Source: Cyanophora paradoxa CCMP329 (taxonomy: Eukaryota; Plantae; Glaucophyta). From it: DNA of 64,000 nucleotides. The translations under genes were made by a program, and so were the position numbers. Where the stretch lies: positions 21,503 through 85,502 of the forward strand of contig QPMI01000318.1 in the NCBI GenBank assembly GCA_004431415.1. Reading direction: 5' to 3'. This document shows positions 48,223 through 60,006 of the stretch, piece by piece. Numbering within the stretch: the stretch's first letter is position 1; every line of letters begins with the position of its first letter. Under the pieces are notes generated by a model. It searched no databases. It was not told the DNA's origin and saw nothing but the letters and a program-made list of their open reading frames with translations.

Positions 48223-49027
48223 TTACTCCGGGATGGAGATCTCGCCGGCCTTGATCTTGGCCTGGATGGAGGTCGGGGCCTCGCCGTCAACGGTGCAGCC
48301 GACCGAGTTGCAGGTGCCGAGGATCTCGAGCACGGTGCCGGCCATGGCCTTCGCCATCGAGCGGTGGCGCATCTTCTTCGCCACGCCGATAACGTCGTCG
48401 AGGGTTAGGTTGCCGCTGTGCTTGACTGCGCCCGGCGGGTAAGGCCGAGGGGGGACACCTTCTGGGCACCGGGGACGCACTGTTCTTGACCTTCTTGCGA
48501 TCGCGCTCCGGCTCCTTAAGGGCCTTGATGATGAGCGCGGCCGCCGAGGGGATGACGGAGATGGTCGCCTGACGGTTCTGAACCGAGAGCTACGAACCGC
48601 CGGCACGGCGCTCAGCCCCTCCTCCTGCACAAGAGAGGAGCGAAAGAAACGGAACCTGGCAAGTAACACGGAGGCCCTTCCAGTCAGTGGTGGCCTTGGC
48701 AATGTCCTCACCGACCTTCTTGGGGGACTGCGGGGGCACACGCGGTCAAGAGGGGGTTTCCGAGCCCCAGAGAGCCCGCGGCGGGCGTGTTAGGCGATGC
48801 GGGACGGCGAAAAGCGAGGACTAGAGCGCCACGTGCGACAGCAGGCTCGCGCACCAGACCGAGGGGACCGATCTTCGGGGCGAGCGCAGTGACAGCGCCG
48901 ACCTCACCACCAGTCACACGGACGGTGACTGCACAAGGTTGAAATGACGGGGAAGAACGCAGCTAGCGCGCGCAAGCGAGGGCGACGCACTGATCTTGAC
49001 CTCGCTGGGATCGAACTTCGGCGGCAT
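48223..49027 (-). CDS. RPL12: 60S ribosomal protein L12 (uL11)
   Basis: [76 protein letters not shown]. Confidence 0.97.
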
Positions 49028-49604
49028 CTTGTTGAATTGCGGGCTGTGCGGAAACCGAAAAAGAGGTGTCGGATGACCTGCGCCAGGCGGAGAGGAGCGT
49101 AAGCTCCACGCAAGCGGAAAGCGATCGCGAGCGGCGGGAGGCCGCAGCAAGCAGCAGATGTTTGCTCACCTCGTTAAGAGGACGACCGAAAAGTTGCACC
49201 TGCCGACGGGTCAGCGCGGCTCGGCGCTGCGAAGCTGGCTTCCGCACCTCTTGAGACTGTACCCCCTGTTCGCGGCACGGGTACAGTTGCTGAAGGTGCG
49301 CACTTTCGCGGCTTGCGCGGCCGGGGGTGATAACGTGAAGCCGTGATGGCGGTTAGCTTCGCACCGCCTTATCTCACCGCCCCGAGGTGTCGGTTACCTT
49401 ACCGAACTCCGTCGTCGCCCGATGCCGGCGTCTAGCGGGTCGGATTCATAGCAAGAGGTTTTTGGGGCTGGGCCTTAGCTCGACCTGGGCCGCTAGCTCG
49501 TTCCGTGATCTTCCGGCATCCTCCGTTACAACTTGCGAGCTGCCCTGGTCGTTGACCCGTCGCTTGCGTGCGCTTGCTAGGCAGTTCGACGAGTCCTCTG
49601 AAGA

Positions 49605-51504
49605 TGCAGGTTCGCAAAGGCTCTCGTCGCTTTTCGTCGAGCCTGACCGTCGCGCGACTGCCGTGCGCAGCCGTTCGACGAGGATGTGCGTGAGACTCTG
49701 TCAGTGATCACCGGCGATGCCTGACCGAACCTCCCCCAGGTCATGCTGCTGGTGAACGACAGCTCTCCGGACCCCTCGCTGCAGCGCCTGAGCCACTTCG
49801 GGAGCGTGGGGGCGAACGTAACTGGAGCGGGCGTGAACGATAACAATGGGTAAATCTTCAGATGATTGTCCTTCCTCGGCCGCGAGAGCTAGCGTCTAAC
49901 CTCGTGTAGCTTCCTCTCGGCCATCGCGTTCACTGGCGACGCCAAGACCACGCGCGACGTCGATGCGCAGGCCCTGGAGCGGCTCGTCGAGCGTGCGTTC
50001 GCGCGACGCGCTGCACGGGGCGCCGGCGGGGCCCTGACGCCGCGAGCAGACGCGAAGAACATCCACAGTGGCGTCGTCAGTCAGCTTGATGACGACGTGC
50101 GGGGCCCGGCCCCCACGTGCGGCAGGCGATGCCTGACCGAACCTCCCCCAGGTCATGCTGCTGGTGAACGACAGCTCTCCGGACCCCTCGCTGCAGCGCC
50201 TGAGCCACTTCGGGAGCGTGGGGGCGAACGTAACTGGAGCGGGCGTGAACGATAACAATGGGTAAATCTTCAGATGATTGTCCTTCCTCGGCCGCGAGAG
50301 CTAGCGTCTAACCTCGTGTAGCTTCCTCTCGGCCATCGCGTTCACTGGCGACGCCAAGACCACGCGCGACGTCGATGCGCAGGCCCTGGAGCGGCTCGTC
50401 GAGCGTGCGTTCGCGCGACGCGCTGCACGGGGCGCCGGCGGGGCCCTGACGCCGCGAGCAGACGCGAAGAACATCCACAGCGGTGTCGTCAGCCAGCTTG
50501 ATGACGACGTGCGGGGCCCGGCCCCCACGTGCGGCAGGCGATGCCTGACCGAACCTCCCCCAGGTCATGCTGCTGGTGAACGACAGCTCTCCGGACCCCT
50601 CGCTGCAGCGCCTGAGCCACTTCGGGAGCGTGGGGGCGAACGTAACTGGAGCGGGCGTGAACGATAACAATGGGTACATCTTTAGATGATTGTCCTTCCT
50701 CGGCCGCGAGAGCTAGCGTCTAACCTCGTGTAGCTTCCTCTCGGCCATCGCGTTCACTGGCGACGCCAAGACCACGCGCGACGTCGATGCGCAGGCCCTG
50801 GAGCGGCTCGTCGAGCGTGCGTTCGCGCGACGCGCTGCACGGGGCGCCGGCGGGGCCCTGACGCCGCGAGCAGACGCGAAGAACATCCACAGCGGTGTCG
50901 TCAGCCAGCTTGATGACGACGTGCGGGGCCCGGCCCCCACGTGCGGCAGGCGATGCCTGACCGAACCTCCCCCAGGTCATGCTGCTGGTGAACGACAGCT
51001 CTCCGGACCCCTCGCTGCAGCGCCTGAGCCACTTCGGGAGCGTGGGGGCGAACGTAACTGGAGCGGGCGTGAACGATAACAATGGGTACATCTTTAGATG
51101 ATTGTCATTCCTCGGCCGCGAGAGCTAGCGTCTAACCTCGTGTAGCTTCCTCTCGGCCATCGCGTTCACTGGCGACGCCAAGACCACGCGCGACGTCGAT
51201 GCGCAGGCCCTGGAGCGGCTCGTCGAGCGTGCGTTCGCGCCACGCGCTGCACAGGGCGCCGGCGGGGCCCTGACTCCGCGAGCAGACGCGAAGAACATCC
51301 ACAGCGGTGTCGTCAGCGCCGAGACGGCGGAGGAGGAGGTGCGCGCGTCGGGCGGGGTCTCCGGGGTGTGTGCTGGAGCTGACGGGGCGGCAGGCGATGG
51401 CGCCCTTCGGGACGGAGAGCGCGGCGGAGCTGAACGTGGAAGCCTTCGAGGCCGACATCGACGACCTCGTCGGCGAGGCCATCGAGAGCCCCTTCGACCT
51501 CTAA
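49605..51504 (+). CDS. Protein with four near-identical 80-aa repeats (possibly ACT-like fold) and an acidic tail; N-terminus uncertain
   Basis: Each 412-bp unit splices as exons of 110+83+47 nt (240 nt) and GT-AG introns of 60+57+55 nt, staying in frame. The last exon is AMAPFGTESAAELNVEAFEADIDDLVGEAIESPFDL*. Confidence 0.72.
49713..51317. repeat. 412-bp tandem repeat, about 3.9 copies
   Basis: Units start at 49713, 50125, 50537 and 50949 and differ by only a few substitutions. Confidence 0.97.
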
Positions 51505-51699
51505 CTAAACCCAGCCCCCGCGCGCCCTCGCCGCCCTCTAGATCTACTTCGTGGCCCGGTTGCGGGCCTTCGCGTGCAGTGGGCCCGCCTTAGTACTTTC
51601 TCTTCAAAATCACTGAATACTTTGTTGTGAACCCGGGGCGACTCGGCGAAAGTGAGGCATAGGAACTCGAGATTGGACACGGCCAACAGCGGCCGGGGG

Positions 51700-52891
51700 C
51701 TACTGGTCGGGGTCGGCGGGGCGGACGACGATGGTGATGGCGAGGCCGATGAGTCCAAGGGCGACGATGGCGAAGACGTATGAGGCGAGGAGGGCCCCCA
51801 CCTCGAACGCGTCCCGGAACTTCTCTGCGATCTGCCCCCCGCCCCGCCCCGCCCCGTCTGAGCGAGCGTGCCCCGGGCCGCGTCGCGGCAGCGGCCACGC
51901 CGGACGGGCGGGCGCACGGCGGCGGTCACGGGGTTCGGGAAGGTGACCGGGTTGTCCGCGAAGGTCGTCTTCAGCGTGATCGTCGCTGCGCCACCGCACG
52001 CGTCAGCCGCGGGCCGCGCGGCGGGGGCCGGCCAGCGGGCGCGCCCTGGTTCATGCCGTAGGCGAGGACGGCGGAGAAGGCCGAGCCGAAGGCCGCCGTC
52101 GACGCGTCCAGGTCCTCGAGGTAGCCGCCGAACCTGCCGTCCAGCCGTCCGCAACGCGCCGCGCCCCGGGCCCCCGCGCGCGCGCCGCGCCGCACCGCGC
52201 GACGCTCGCGTTTGGGTCGATCTCCTTCTTGCCCTCGGTCGGGAGCTGGCTCGGGTCCTACAGCGGCTGCGCCTCAGCCGCCGCGCGGCGGGGCGAGTGC
52301 TTGCGGCAGGGGCGGCGGACGGTGATCATGGCGACCTCCCAGGCCTCCTGCCCGGCGTTGTAGCGCGACTCGACGGGCCGTACGTTCTCATCCCGCTCCA
52401 GCACCGTCGCTTGCCGCTTGTCTTCGGCGTAGTACGCCTTGCCGCCGAAGCCGCCCACCTTCTCGAAGGGCTTGATTTCGATCCGGCCCTCCGCGTCCAC
52501 ACCGACCACCTGCCCAACCGCGTACTGCGTCTCGCCGTTCACGCCCTTGTACGGCGATACGTATCTGCGAAGTAGATGAGATTGCGCAGCGAGAAAAGGC
52601 GGCGCGGGCGCACTCGACGATGTCTCCTTCGGCCATCTTGCATACGACCGCCGGTGGTGCCGGCGACGCCGCCGCCGGCGCGAAGCCATCGAAACGCAGG
52701 CGCCGGGCAAAGAACTTAACGGTCCGATCACCGGCGACGAAGCCGCGGCGGCGGCTTGGGAGGGCGAAGGCCGAAGCCGGCGACGGCGACGGCGCCGCCC
52801 GCGCGCTGCACACCCGCGCGGGGACCAGAAGGAAAGGCTTGCATGAAGATGGCGCGACGGCCGCCTGGGATGCGAAAAACGCGGCGGACAT
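51700..52891 (-). CDS. Plastid-targeted membrane protein with a C-terminal DUF3082-like domain and an extra beta-rich N-terminal domain
   Basis: Transit peptide MSAAFFASQ...VVCK; C-terminus AVLAYGMNQATITLKTTFADNP...LASYVFAIVALGLIGLAI resembles cyanobacterial DUF3082 (from memory). Confidence 0.72.
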
Positions 52892-53545
52892 TTTCTCACT
52901 GATCGTGCACGCTGTACCCGGGTCACCAGACTCACCTCCGCTACCGCTCGCTTCCGGTCCGCGTCACATGCCTGACTGCATTTGTCGTGCGCTGCTAGAT
53001 CGTTGCTAGCTTGATTGCGCCAGTGATATGCCGGACGAGGTTCTCGGCTGGGTACGACGATGAGGCGTGAGTCAAGCTTCAGGAGCTAGTTTCGTCATTT
53101 CCGCGTGAGAGCGCTCTTGGTCATCATTCCAGAGCAGCATTTTCAGAGCTCATCAGTCCAGTTCGTACCGCGGAGCACCTCCCCCTTACCGCGGAGCACC
53201 GACTCGGATAAAGATCAAAAGCGCAAGCCACCACCCAAGCTATCAGATCGCGCAATGGTGCGGGCGCCTGCATGAGCCGGCGTGTCATCCAACTCTTAAT
53301 GACATAGAAGAAGATTACGACGCCCCCGCCCTCCTCCCGCACGCTAAAGTCTGGGCGAGCGCAAGCGCTCGGCATCCGTCCAGTGTATGCTGCTCTAGAT
53401 GTAATTGTCGCTCTAGATGTAATCATTCTCCGTGATTCCGTGATGCGCTTGCGTGACGCTGCTCCCCACCCTGGCCGACCGCCCAGCAGTCGCACCCGCC
53501 CGCGTGCGCGCGCGTCACCGCGTCCTGACCGCTGTGCCTGCGCAG

Positions 53546-53828
53546 TCGTCGGCAATCTTCCACGCGATCGCTGTCGGAATGGCGGGAGGCATCACCATTG
53601 GTTTCCTGGCCGATCGGGTTGGCCTCCTCGCGTACGTTATCTCCGCCTCGAAGCCCGCCTCGTGCGCGGCCGGGCTGACGCTGTGGCGGTGTCAGGGTCG
53701 AGGCGCAGCCGCACTCGCAGTGGCACAAGCGGATCGCGTCCGATGACGCGAGCAAGGAGCTGCAGCTCAACGCGAGCCTTGTCCAGATCTCCGACGCCCA
53801 GATGGCCGCGTTCCTGAGGAAACAGTAG
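53546..53828 (+). CDS. Last two exons of a small membrane protein (start not located)
   Basis: SSAIFHAIAVGMAGGITIGFLADRVGLLA|VEAQPHSQWHKRIASDD...AFLRKQ* with typical acceptor and donor sites. Confidence 0.45.
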
Positions 53829-54121
53829 GCGCCCCAGCTGTCTCTCTCCAGGCGCATTTTCCTTTTGCTTCTTTCAAGGCTAGTGATAGGCAGGCGGGCG
53901 GGTGGGTGGTTGGCGGCTGTTTGAAGGGAGGTACTTCGAATTCGGTATACGTAGTTTGTCAGCGCGGTCGAGCTTTTTTGGCTCTGTACAGGATACTCCG
54001 CATCCTCGATCGGTTCAGTTTCAATGCTGAGTGTTTCTGTAGACGTACAATATTTTCTGCTTGCTAATAGATTAACAGCGAAAGACGACGCGCAGCGCTA
54101 GCAGCAGGCCCAGGGGCTCGC

Positions 54122-56021
54122 TCAGGCGGCGGGGATGGGGGCTGGGGAGCCGTGGGGGCGGGCATGGGCGCTCTTGAGCTGGCCGCAGGCGGCCATGATG
54201 TCGCGACCGCGGGGCCAGCGGACAGTGGCGTACTGGTTGAGGTCGTTGAGCAGGGCGGCGAACTTGATGATCGTCTCCTTGGAGGAGCACTCGAGGCCCG
54301 AGTTCTCCCAGTTGTTGAAGGGGATGAGGTTGACGAGGCTGGGGATGTGCTTGAGGAGGCGGGCGAGCTCGCGGGCGTCGGCGGGGCTGTCGTTCACGCC
54401 CCGCAGCATCGCGTACTCGAACGTCACCCGCCGCGCCCACGAGAGCTCCGGGTACCGCACAACCGCCTCCAGCAGCTCCTTCAGCGGGTACGTCTGCCGC
54501 GGGGTCAGCGAGGGCCGGCCCCGAACGGGGCGGGCCGCGGGGCACCTTGTTGATGCCCATGAGCTCGGAGCTGGGTGCACGCGGACGTGAGGCGGGGCGG
54601 CGGGGCGCGGGGCGGGGCGGGGCGGGGACCGGAGGTCGTCGCGGGGGGCGTGGAGGGAGACGGCGAGCTGGACGCCGAGCTCGCGGCCGAGGGTCTCGAT
54701 GAGAGGCGCCACGCCCGCCGTCGAGACCGTGATCTTGTGCCGCGAGATCGAGAGCCCCTCCGGGTCCATCAGCGTCTGCGCCCCCGCCCTTCACGCCCCG
54801 CCCAGCCCCCCCACCCCGGCCCCCGACTAGCCTGGATCGCCGCCTTGACGTTGCGGTAGTTGTAGAGCGGCTGCGCGCCGGCCGGCGTCAGGCGGGGCGG
54901 GGCCGGGGCCGGGGCGGGGCGAGGCCGGGGCGGGGGTGCGTGCCTCGCCCTGCCCCATGAAGACGACGTGGGTGAGGGCCTTCTTGGTGGGCCCGCGGCG
55001 CTCGGCGAAGTCCCCGAGGGCACGGCGGGCGAGGATCACCTGCCCGACGATCTCCGAGGCGTGCAGGTTGCGCTCAAGCCGCTGCGTCCCCGTGTGGCAG
55101 AAGCGGCAGCTCAGGCTGCACCCCGCCTGCGACGAGACGCAGAGCGTGCCCCGCGCCAGCCCGCCCTCCTCCGCCTCCTGCGGGATGTACACCGTCTCCG
55201 CCGCCACCCCGCCGAAGGAGACAAGCCACTTCCGCGTGCCGCACCTGCCGGCCGCGCCCCGCACCCCGTGAGGCCCCGCAGCCGGCGCGCTGGGCGCGGG
55301 GCGACGCGGGGCGCACTCGGCGGAGGTCCGGTCGTCCTTGACGGCCCCCGCGCTGATCTCGAAGTGCTCCGCTGCACGGCCCCCGCGCCGCCCATCGGTG
55401 GCGTGCTTTTGGCGGCTCAGAGAGGCCGCACCGAGCTTCTCTTTCAGCTGCCGGTTGATGTTCTTCATGCCCGCGAAGTCCGAGACGCCATGGTGGTTGA
55501 TCCAGCTGCAAGCGGCCGAGTGTCAGTGCGGGCTGTCGTGCTCAGAGGCGCGCGATCCGACTGGACTCGCCTGAAGACTTGTTGGTGCCGGAACGACTCG
55601 AGTCCAATCTAGGCGCTAAACTGTGAGTGCAGGCGGTCGTGAACCGTGGCAGGGCTCGCCTTCGCGAATTCCTCCTTCATCACCGACCGCGGCATCCCGA
55701 TGAGGTTCTTGCGTGTCTGCGCACGGCCTCTGGTCAACGCGCACGCCATCGGCCGCGAGCGCGCATGCGCAGGCGATCGGGGAGGAAGCAGCAGCACACC
55801 GGCGCCGCAGCCGATGTCGGCGCGCTCTCGTTGCGAGGTCCCGCGCGAGCCAGCACCGCTTCGGGCCGGCTACATCCCGCGGCCACCGAATCGAGCGTTC
55901 CAGGCGGCGGTGCAGGGGCCTCGTGGGCGTCTACGGCGCTCACCCCGACCAGACGCCGCACCCCGCGCTGCACGTGGCACCTCGCAGCCGAAGCGAAAAG
56001 CGATCCACCGGCACGCTGCAT
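54122..56021 (-). CDS. rlmN: RlmN/Cfr-family radical-SAM RNA methyltransferase, probably organellar
   Basis: [19 protein letters not shown] (CxxxCxxC), [48 protein letters not shown]. Start codon approximate. Confidence 0.93.
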
Positions 56022-56221
56022 GAGCGCGCCGACGCCGTCCCGGAGGCCGCGCTACGCTTGAGTTGCCTAAATTAATTCGAAGCTCCTCAGGCTCCGGAGG
56101 CTCCCTCAGGCTCCTGAGGCAGCAGTGAGGCAGCACTGAGGCTCGCAGAGGGGGTACCGACGACAGCTGACCTTCGCCTGGCCCCCGGCCCGCTTGCTAT
56201 TGCCGTATTGCAGAGCACTGC

Positions 56222-59200
56222 ATGGCGTGGCAGCAGCACGGCGTGTGGCAGGGTCGCGTGGCTCCGCCCGCGTGGGCTTCCGATCCGCCTCCAGCGGCCC
56301 TGCAGCCGAGCTTCTCGCTCTCCGGTTACGTGCACGCGCAAGCGTTGAACATGGCACAACAGCCCCCACCGCCGCCGCCTCTGCGATCGGCGCATCGACA
56401 GTCCACAGCTGTGAGCAGCGCTCGACAAGCACAGGCTTCGTTCGTAGCCACAGAGATGGCCGCCGTGTCGCGCCCTGTCCCGAGCGGACCTTTTCTCACT
56501 CCGAAGGCGCGCATGCACAACCGCCTCCGCGCATGCGCCCAGTTAGATCATGCGCCCAGCGTATTATCCCGCGCCGTTCACGCCCCTCTGGTCTTGTGCC
56601 CTTTTTCAATCGATGGCTGACATGGTTCGGGCGCAGGACCCCTTCACAGACCCGCTTCCCCTGCAACCGGTGGCCACCTTTCACGTCAGTGACGACACGC
56701 TGCACCCAGGCATCCAGCGGCTCCCGCACACGACGTGCGCGCTCCCTTCTTTCCTCGATGCGCCCCCGTCGCCTCCCCTGACAATTCAAGAAGGACCTTC
56801 AACCTTCTGGTGGACAAGGCGCACTGGGCTCGAGTCCACAGGTGCGGGCATCGCCATTTTGCTCCCTAAGAACGCCCAGCCGATCGGAGTGGTCCAACGC
56901 GCAGGGGACCGCCGCCATGCGAGCCTCGGCCGGGGGAGAGCCGCGTTCGCCTGCAGCTCATGACCTTCGCACAGCAAGCCCCAAGCGCGCCTTTCCTGGC
57001 CCAGTGGCCCGCGGGCGTTCGCCTTCAGATCAACGGGCGCCTGGTCAGCGTCGAGCAGAAAGTCCGCTCTGCCCGCCCCGCCCGCCCCGCTCGGCGACTC
57101 AGGCGAAGCGGGGCGCGGCACAGAAAAACCGGGCGGACCGAGGGCTGGACATCACGGACTACATCAGGCCGGGAAGCAGCAGCCGGCTGGAGTTCTTCAC
57201 GGAGACCGGCAGGGTGCGCCCTTGCGCGCGCTCCCGAGGGCGGCGGGCGCGGCGCGCGTGAACGGGGGCGGGGCGGCAGGCGTTCGTGGGTGTCGTGCGG
57301 CTGGTGCGGGTGCGCTCGGTCGCGGAGCTGGCGGCGAGCGTCCAGGAGCGGGAGCGGGAGAGCTACGAGGAGGCGATCGAGGGCGGTAGGCGGGGCCGGG
57401 GCGGGGCGGGGGGGCGGGGCGGGTGCGAGGGGGCGGGGCGGGGGGCAGTGCGGCGGCTGCTGGGGCACGAGGACGAGGAGATGGAGGCGGTGTCGGCGCG
57501 GCTGCCGCTCCTCGACCCCCTCTCCAAGCAGCGCATCGAGGTCCCCGCCAAGGGCGACCTCTGCCGCCACGTCCAGGCCCGCCCCGCCCCGCCCCCCCGC
57601 CACGCGAGGGCGCGCGCGGGGGCGCTGAGGCGGCGCAGTGCTTCGACCTGAGCACGTACCTCGCGATGAACGAGCGGGCGCCCACGTGGAAGGTGCCCTG
57701 CCCCCCGCCCCCGCCCGGCGGAGCGGGGGAGGCCGGGGCGAGACGGGGCGTGCCTGCAGTGCCCGGTGTGCAGCCGGGAGGCGCTCTTCGGGGGCCTGCG
57801 GGTGGACGCGTACCTCGAGCGCGTCCTCGCGGAGGCCCCCGCCGGCACCCCCGACGTCGCCGTCCACCCCGACGGCCGCTGGGCCTCCCCCGGTGCCCTT
57901 GCGCCCCCACCCGCTCTCCCCGCCTCTGCTCCCGCCCCGCCCGCCCTCTCACACGCCGGTGCAGGGGCCCCGGAGGCCGGTGGCGCGGGGGCGCTGGGGG
58001 AGGAGGCGGGGGCGGGGGCGGGGGCGGGGGCGGGGCAGGCGGCGGGCGTGATCGCGCTGGACTCGGACGAGGAGGAGGCCGGGAGCGAGCCGGCGCCGAT
58101 GCCCTCGCCCCCGTCCCCCGCATCCTCCCCCTCCCCGGCCCCGCCCCGCGCTCCTCCCCGCCCCCGCCTCCAAGCGGGGCCCTCGCCGAGCAGCCCCGCC
58201 GCGACCGCGACAAGCGCCACCGCAGCCACCGCGCCGCTCCCCGCCCCCGCCCCGCCCCGCCCCCGGCCCCCGCCGCGCCCCCGCCGGGCGGGGGCCGGCC
58301 TCTGGGGGCGCCGTCATCGACCTCACCGCAAGCGACGACGAGGATGCCCCGCCGCCCGCGTCGCCCCTGCCCGCGGTGCGCGCCGCCCCGCCCCCGGCCC
58401 GGCGCGCGCGTGGGCGCGCGCGAGTGCGAGGGGGGGCGCAGTGAACGCGGCGGCGCCGCCGTACACGTTCGCGCTGGCGGCGCAGATGGCGATGAACGAG
58501 AGGGCCCTGGGGCCCCTCGGCGCGGCGGAGAGCTGGCGCTTCGAGACGCTCCGCCGCCACGCCGCCGCCAGCATGCGCCCCGGGGCGCCGGCGGCGGCGG
58601 CGGCGTACCGCTCCTCGGACGGCGAGGACGACTCGACGGACACGGAGAGCGAGGAGGATGAGGAGGCCGCCGCCGCCGCCGCCGCCGAGCAGGCCTCCGC
58701 GCAGCGGGCCCAGGCGCGCTTCGCCCGCCTCGCCGCCGAGCGCCTTGCGGCGGCCGAGGCGGAGGCGCGGGGGGAGCAGTCGCGCGGCCGGCGCCGGCTG
58801 CGGCGCCTCGCCTCCTCCTCGCCCGAGGACGGGGGCTCGGGGAGCGATGACGACGAGCCGGCCCCGGCCCGCATGCCCGCCCCGCAGCCGCCTGCCCCGC
58901 CCTCCAGGAGCCCCCGCCCTCCCGCCCCCGCAGGACCGTCGGCGGCAAGCGGCCGCCGCCCTCGCCACCCCGCCGCCGCCGCCGGCGGCCGCGGCGGGGA
59001 GGCGGTCCGGGCGGGGGCGAAAGGGGAAGGAGGCCGTGCGGGAGGGGTCGCCGGCGGGGCGGGGCAGCCCGCGGCGGGGCGGAGCTCGCGCGGCGCGCCG
59101 GCGGAGGGGCGGAGGCGCGCGCCGCCTCCCCGCCGGACTCGCCCCCGTGCCCCATGCCCGACGACGAGCCGGCCTCGCCCGCCAGCGCCGCCCCCGACGA

Positions 59201-59875
59201 GGCCCCCGCTTCCCGCTCCTCCCGCCCTCCCTCTCCTTCCGCCGCCCCCTCTCTGTGCGCCCCGCCCCACCCCGCCCCGCCCCGCTGCCTGTGACGGCCC
59301 GCGCAGGCCCCGCCGGCCCCGAGTCGCCCCCGAGCCGGTGCGGATACGCGCGGCGGCGGCGCCCCTCGCGGCGGGGGAGCAGCCGCCGCCGGGCGCCGTG
59401 CGCGTGCGGGCGGCGCGGGACGAGCCGCCCGCCGCGCCCTCGGCGGCCGAGCCGGCGCGCCTGCGCCCCATCCGCGTACGCATGCGCGGCTCCGCCAACG
59501 CACCGCCGGCCGGCCCCGCACCGGCCGCCGGCGAGAATGCGGCGGGGAGGGGGGCGGGAGGCACCGAGCCCGGGGTGGCGGCCCCTGCAGCTCTCCACCG
59601 CCGCCGTCGCCGCCGCCGCGCAGCCGCAACAGCCGCAGCCGCAGCAGCGGGCGGGCGGGGAGCGCCTCTGGGGCGCCATGCGCGATGCGCCGGCGCCGGC
59701 GGCGGCGCCTGCTCCGGCAACGGCGGCGGCGGCGGCCTCGTCGTCGGCAGCGGCGGCGGCTGCGGAGGGCGTGGGCGGCGAGGCGGGGGCCGCCGGGGCG
59801 GGGGACGGGGACGTGGACGAGGACGAGGCGATGTGGAACGGCATCTTCCAGCAGCTCATCCGCGAGGGCCACTGA
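56222..59875 (+). CDS. SIZ/PIAS-like SP-RING (MIZ zinc finger) SUMO E3 ligase with a long low-complexity tail
   Basis: LPLLDPLSKQRIEVPAKGDLCRHVQCFDLSTYL...TWKCPVC; SIM-like VIALDSDEEE and VIDLTASDDE. The tail has apparent frameshifts. Confidence 0.85.
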
Positions 59876-60006
59876 CGCGCCCCTTGCATGGCGCGCGGCG
59901 CTGAGCGCAATCCCACCCGCCCTGCCTCCCTCTCCTCCTCTCTCCCTCGCTTTCTCTAAATTGAATAAGTCGGCACGTCACACGGCGTGCGTGGGGCGGG
60001 GCGGGC

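Noticed and set aside
49713-51317. 412-bp array or the 29-bp array at 19831 as CRISPR, satellite or LTR
   Set aside because: No unique spacers, cas genes or terminal repeats. The 412-bp unit splices into a coding module.
53075-53160. Minus-strand CTGATGA...ATGATGA...CTGA resembling a C/D snoRNA or hammerhead core
   Set aside because: No convincing rRNA guide, and hammerhead stems II/III do not pair cleanly. An Infernal search would be needed.
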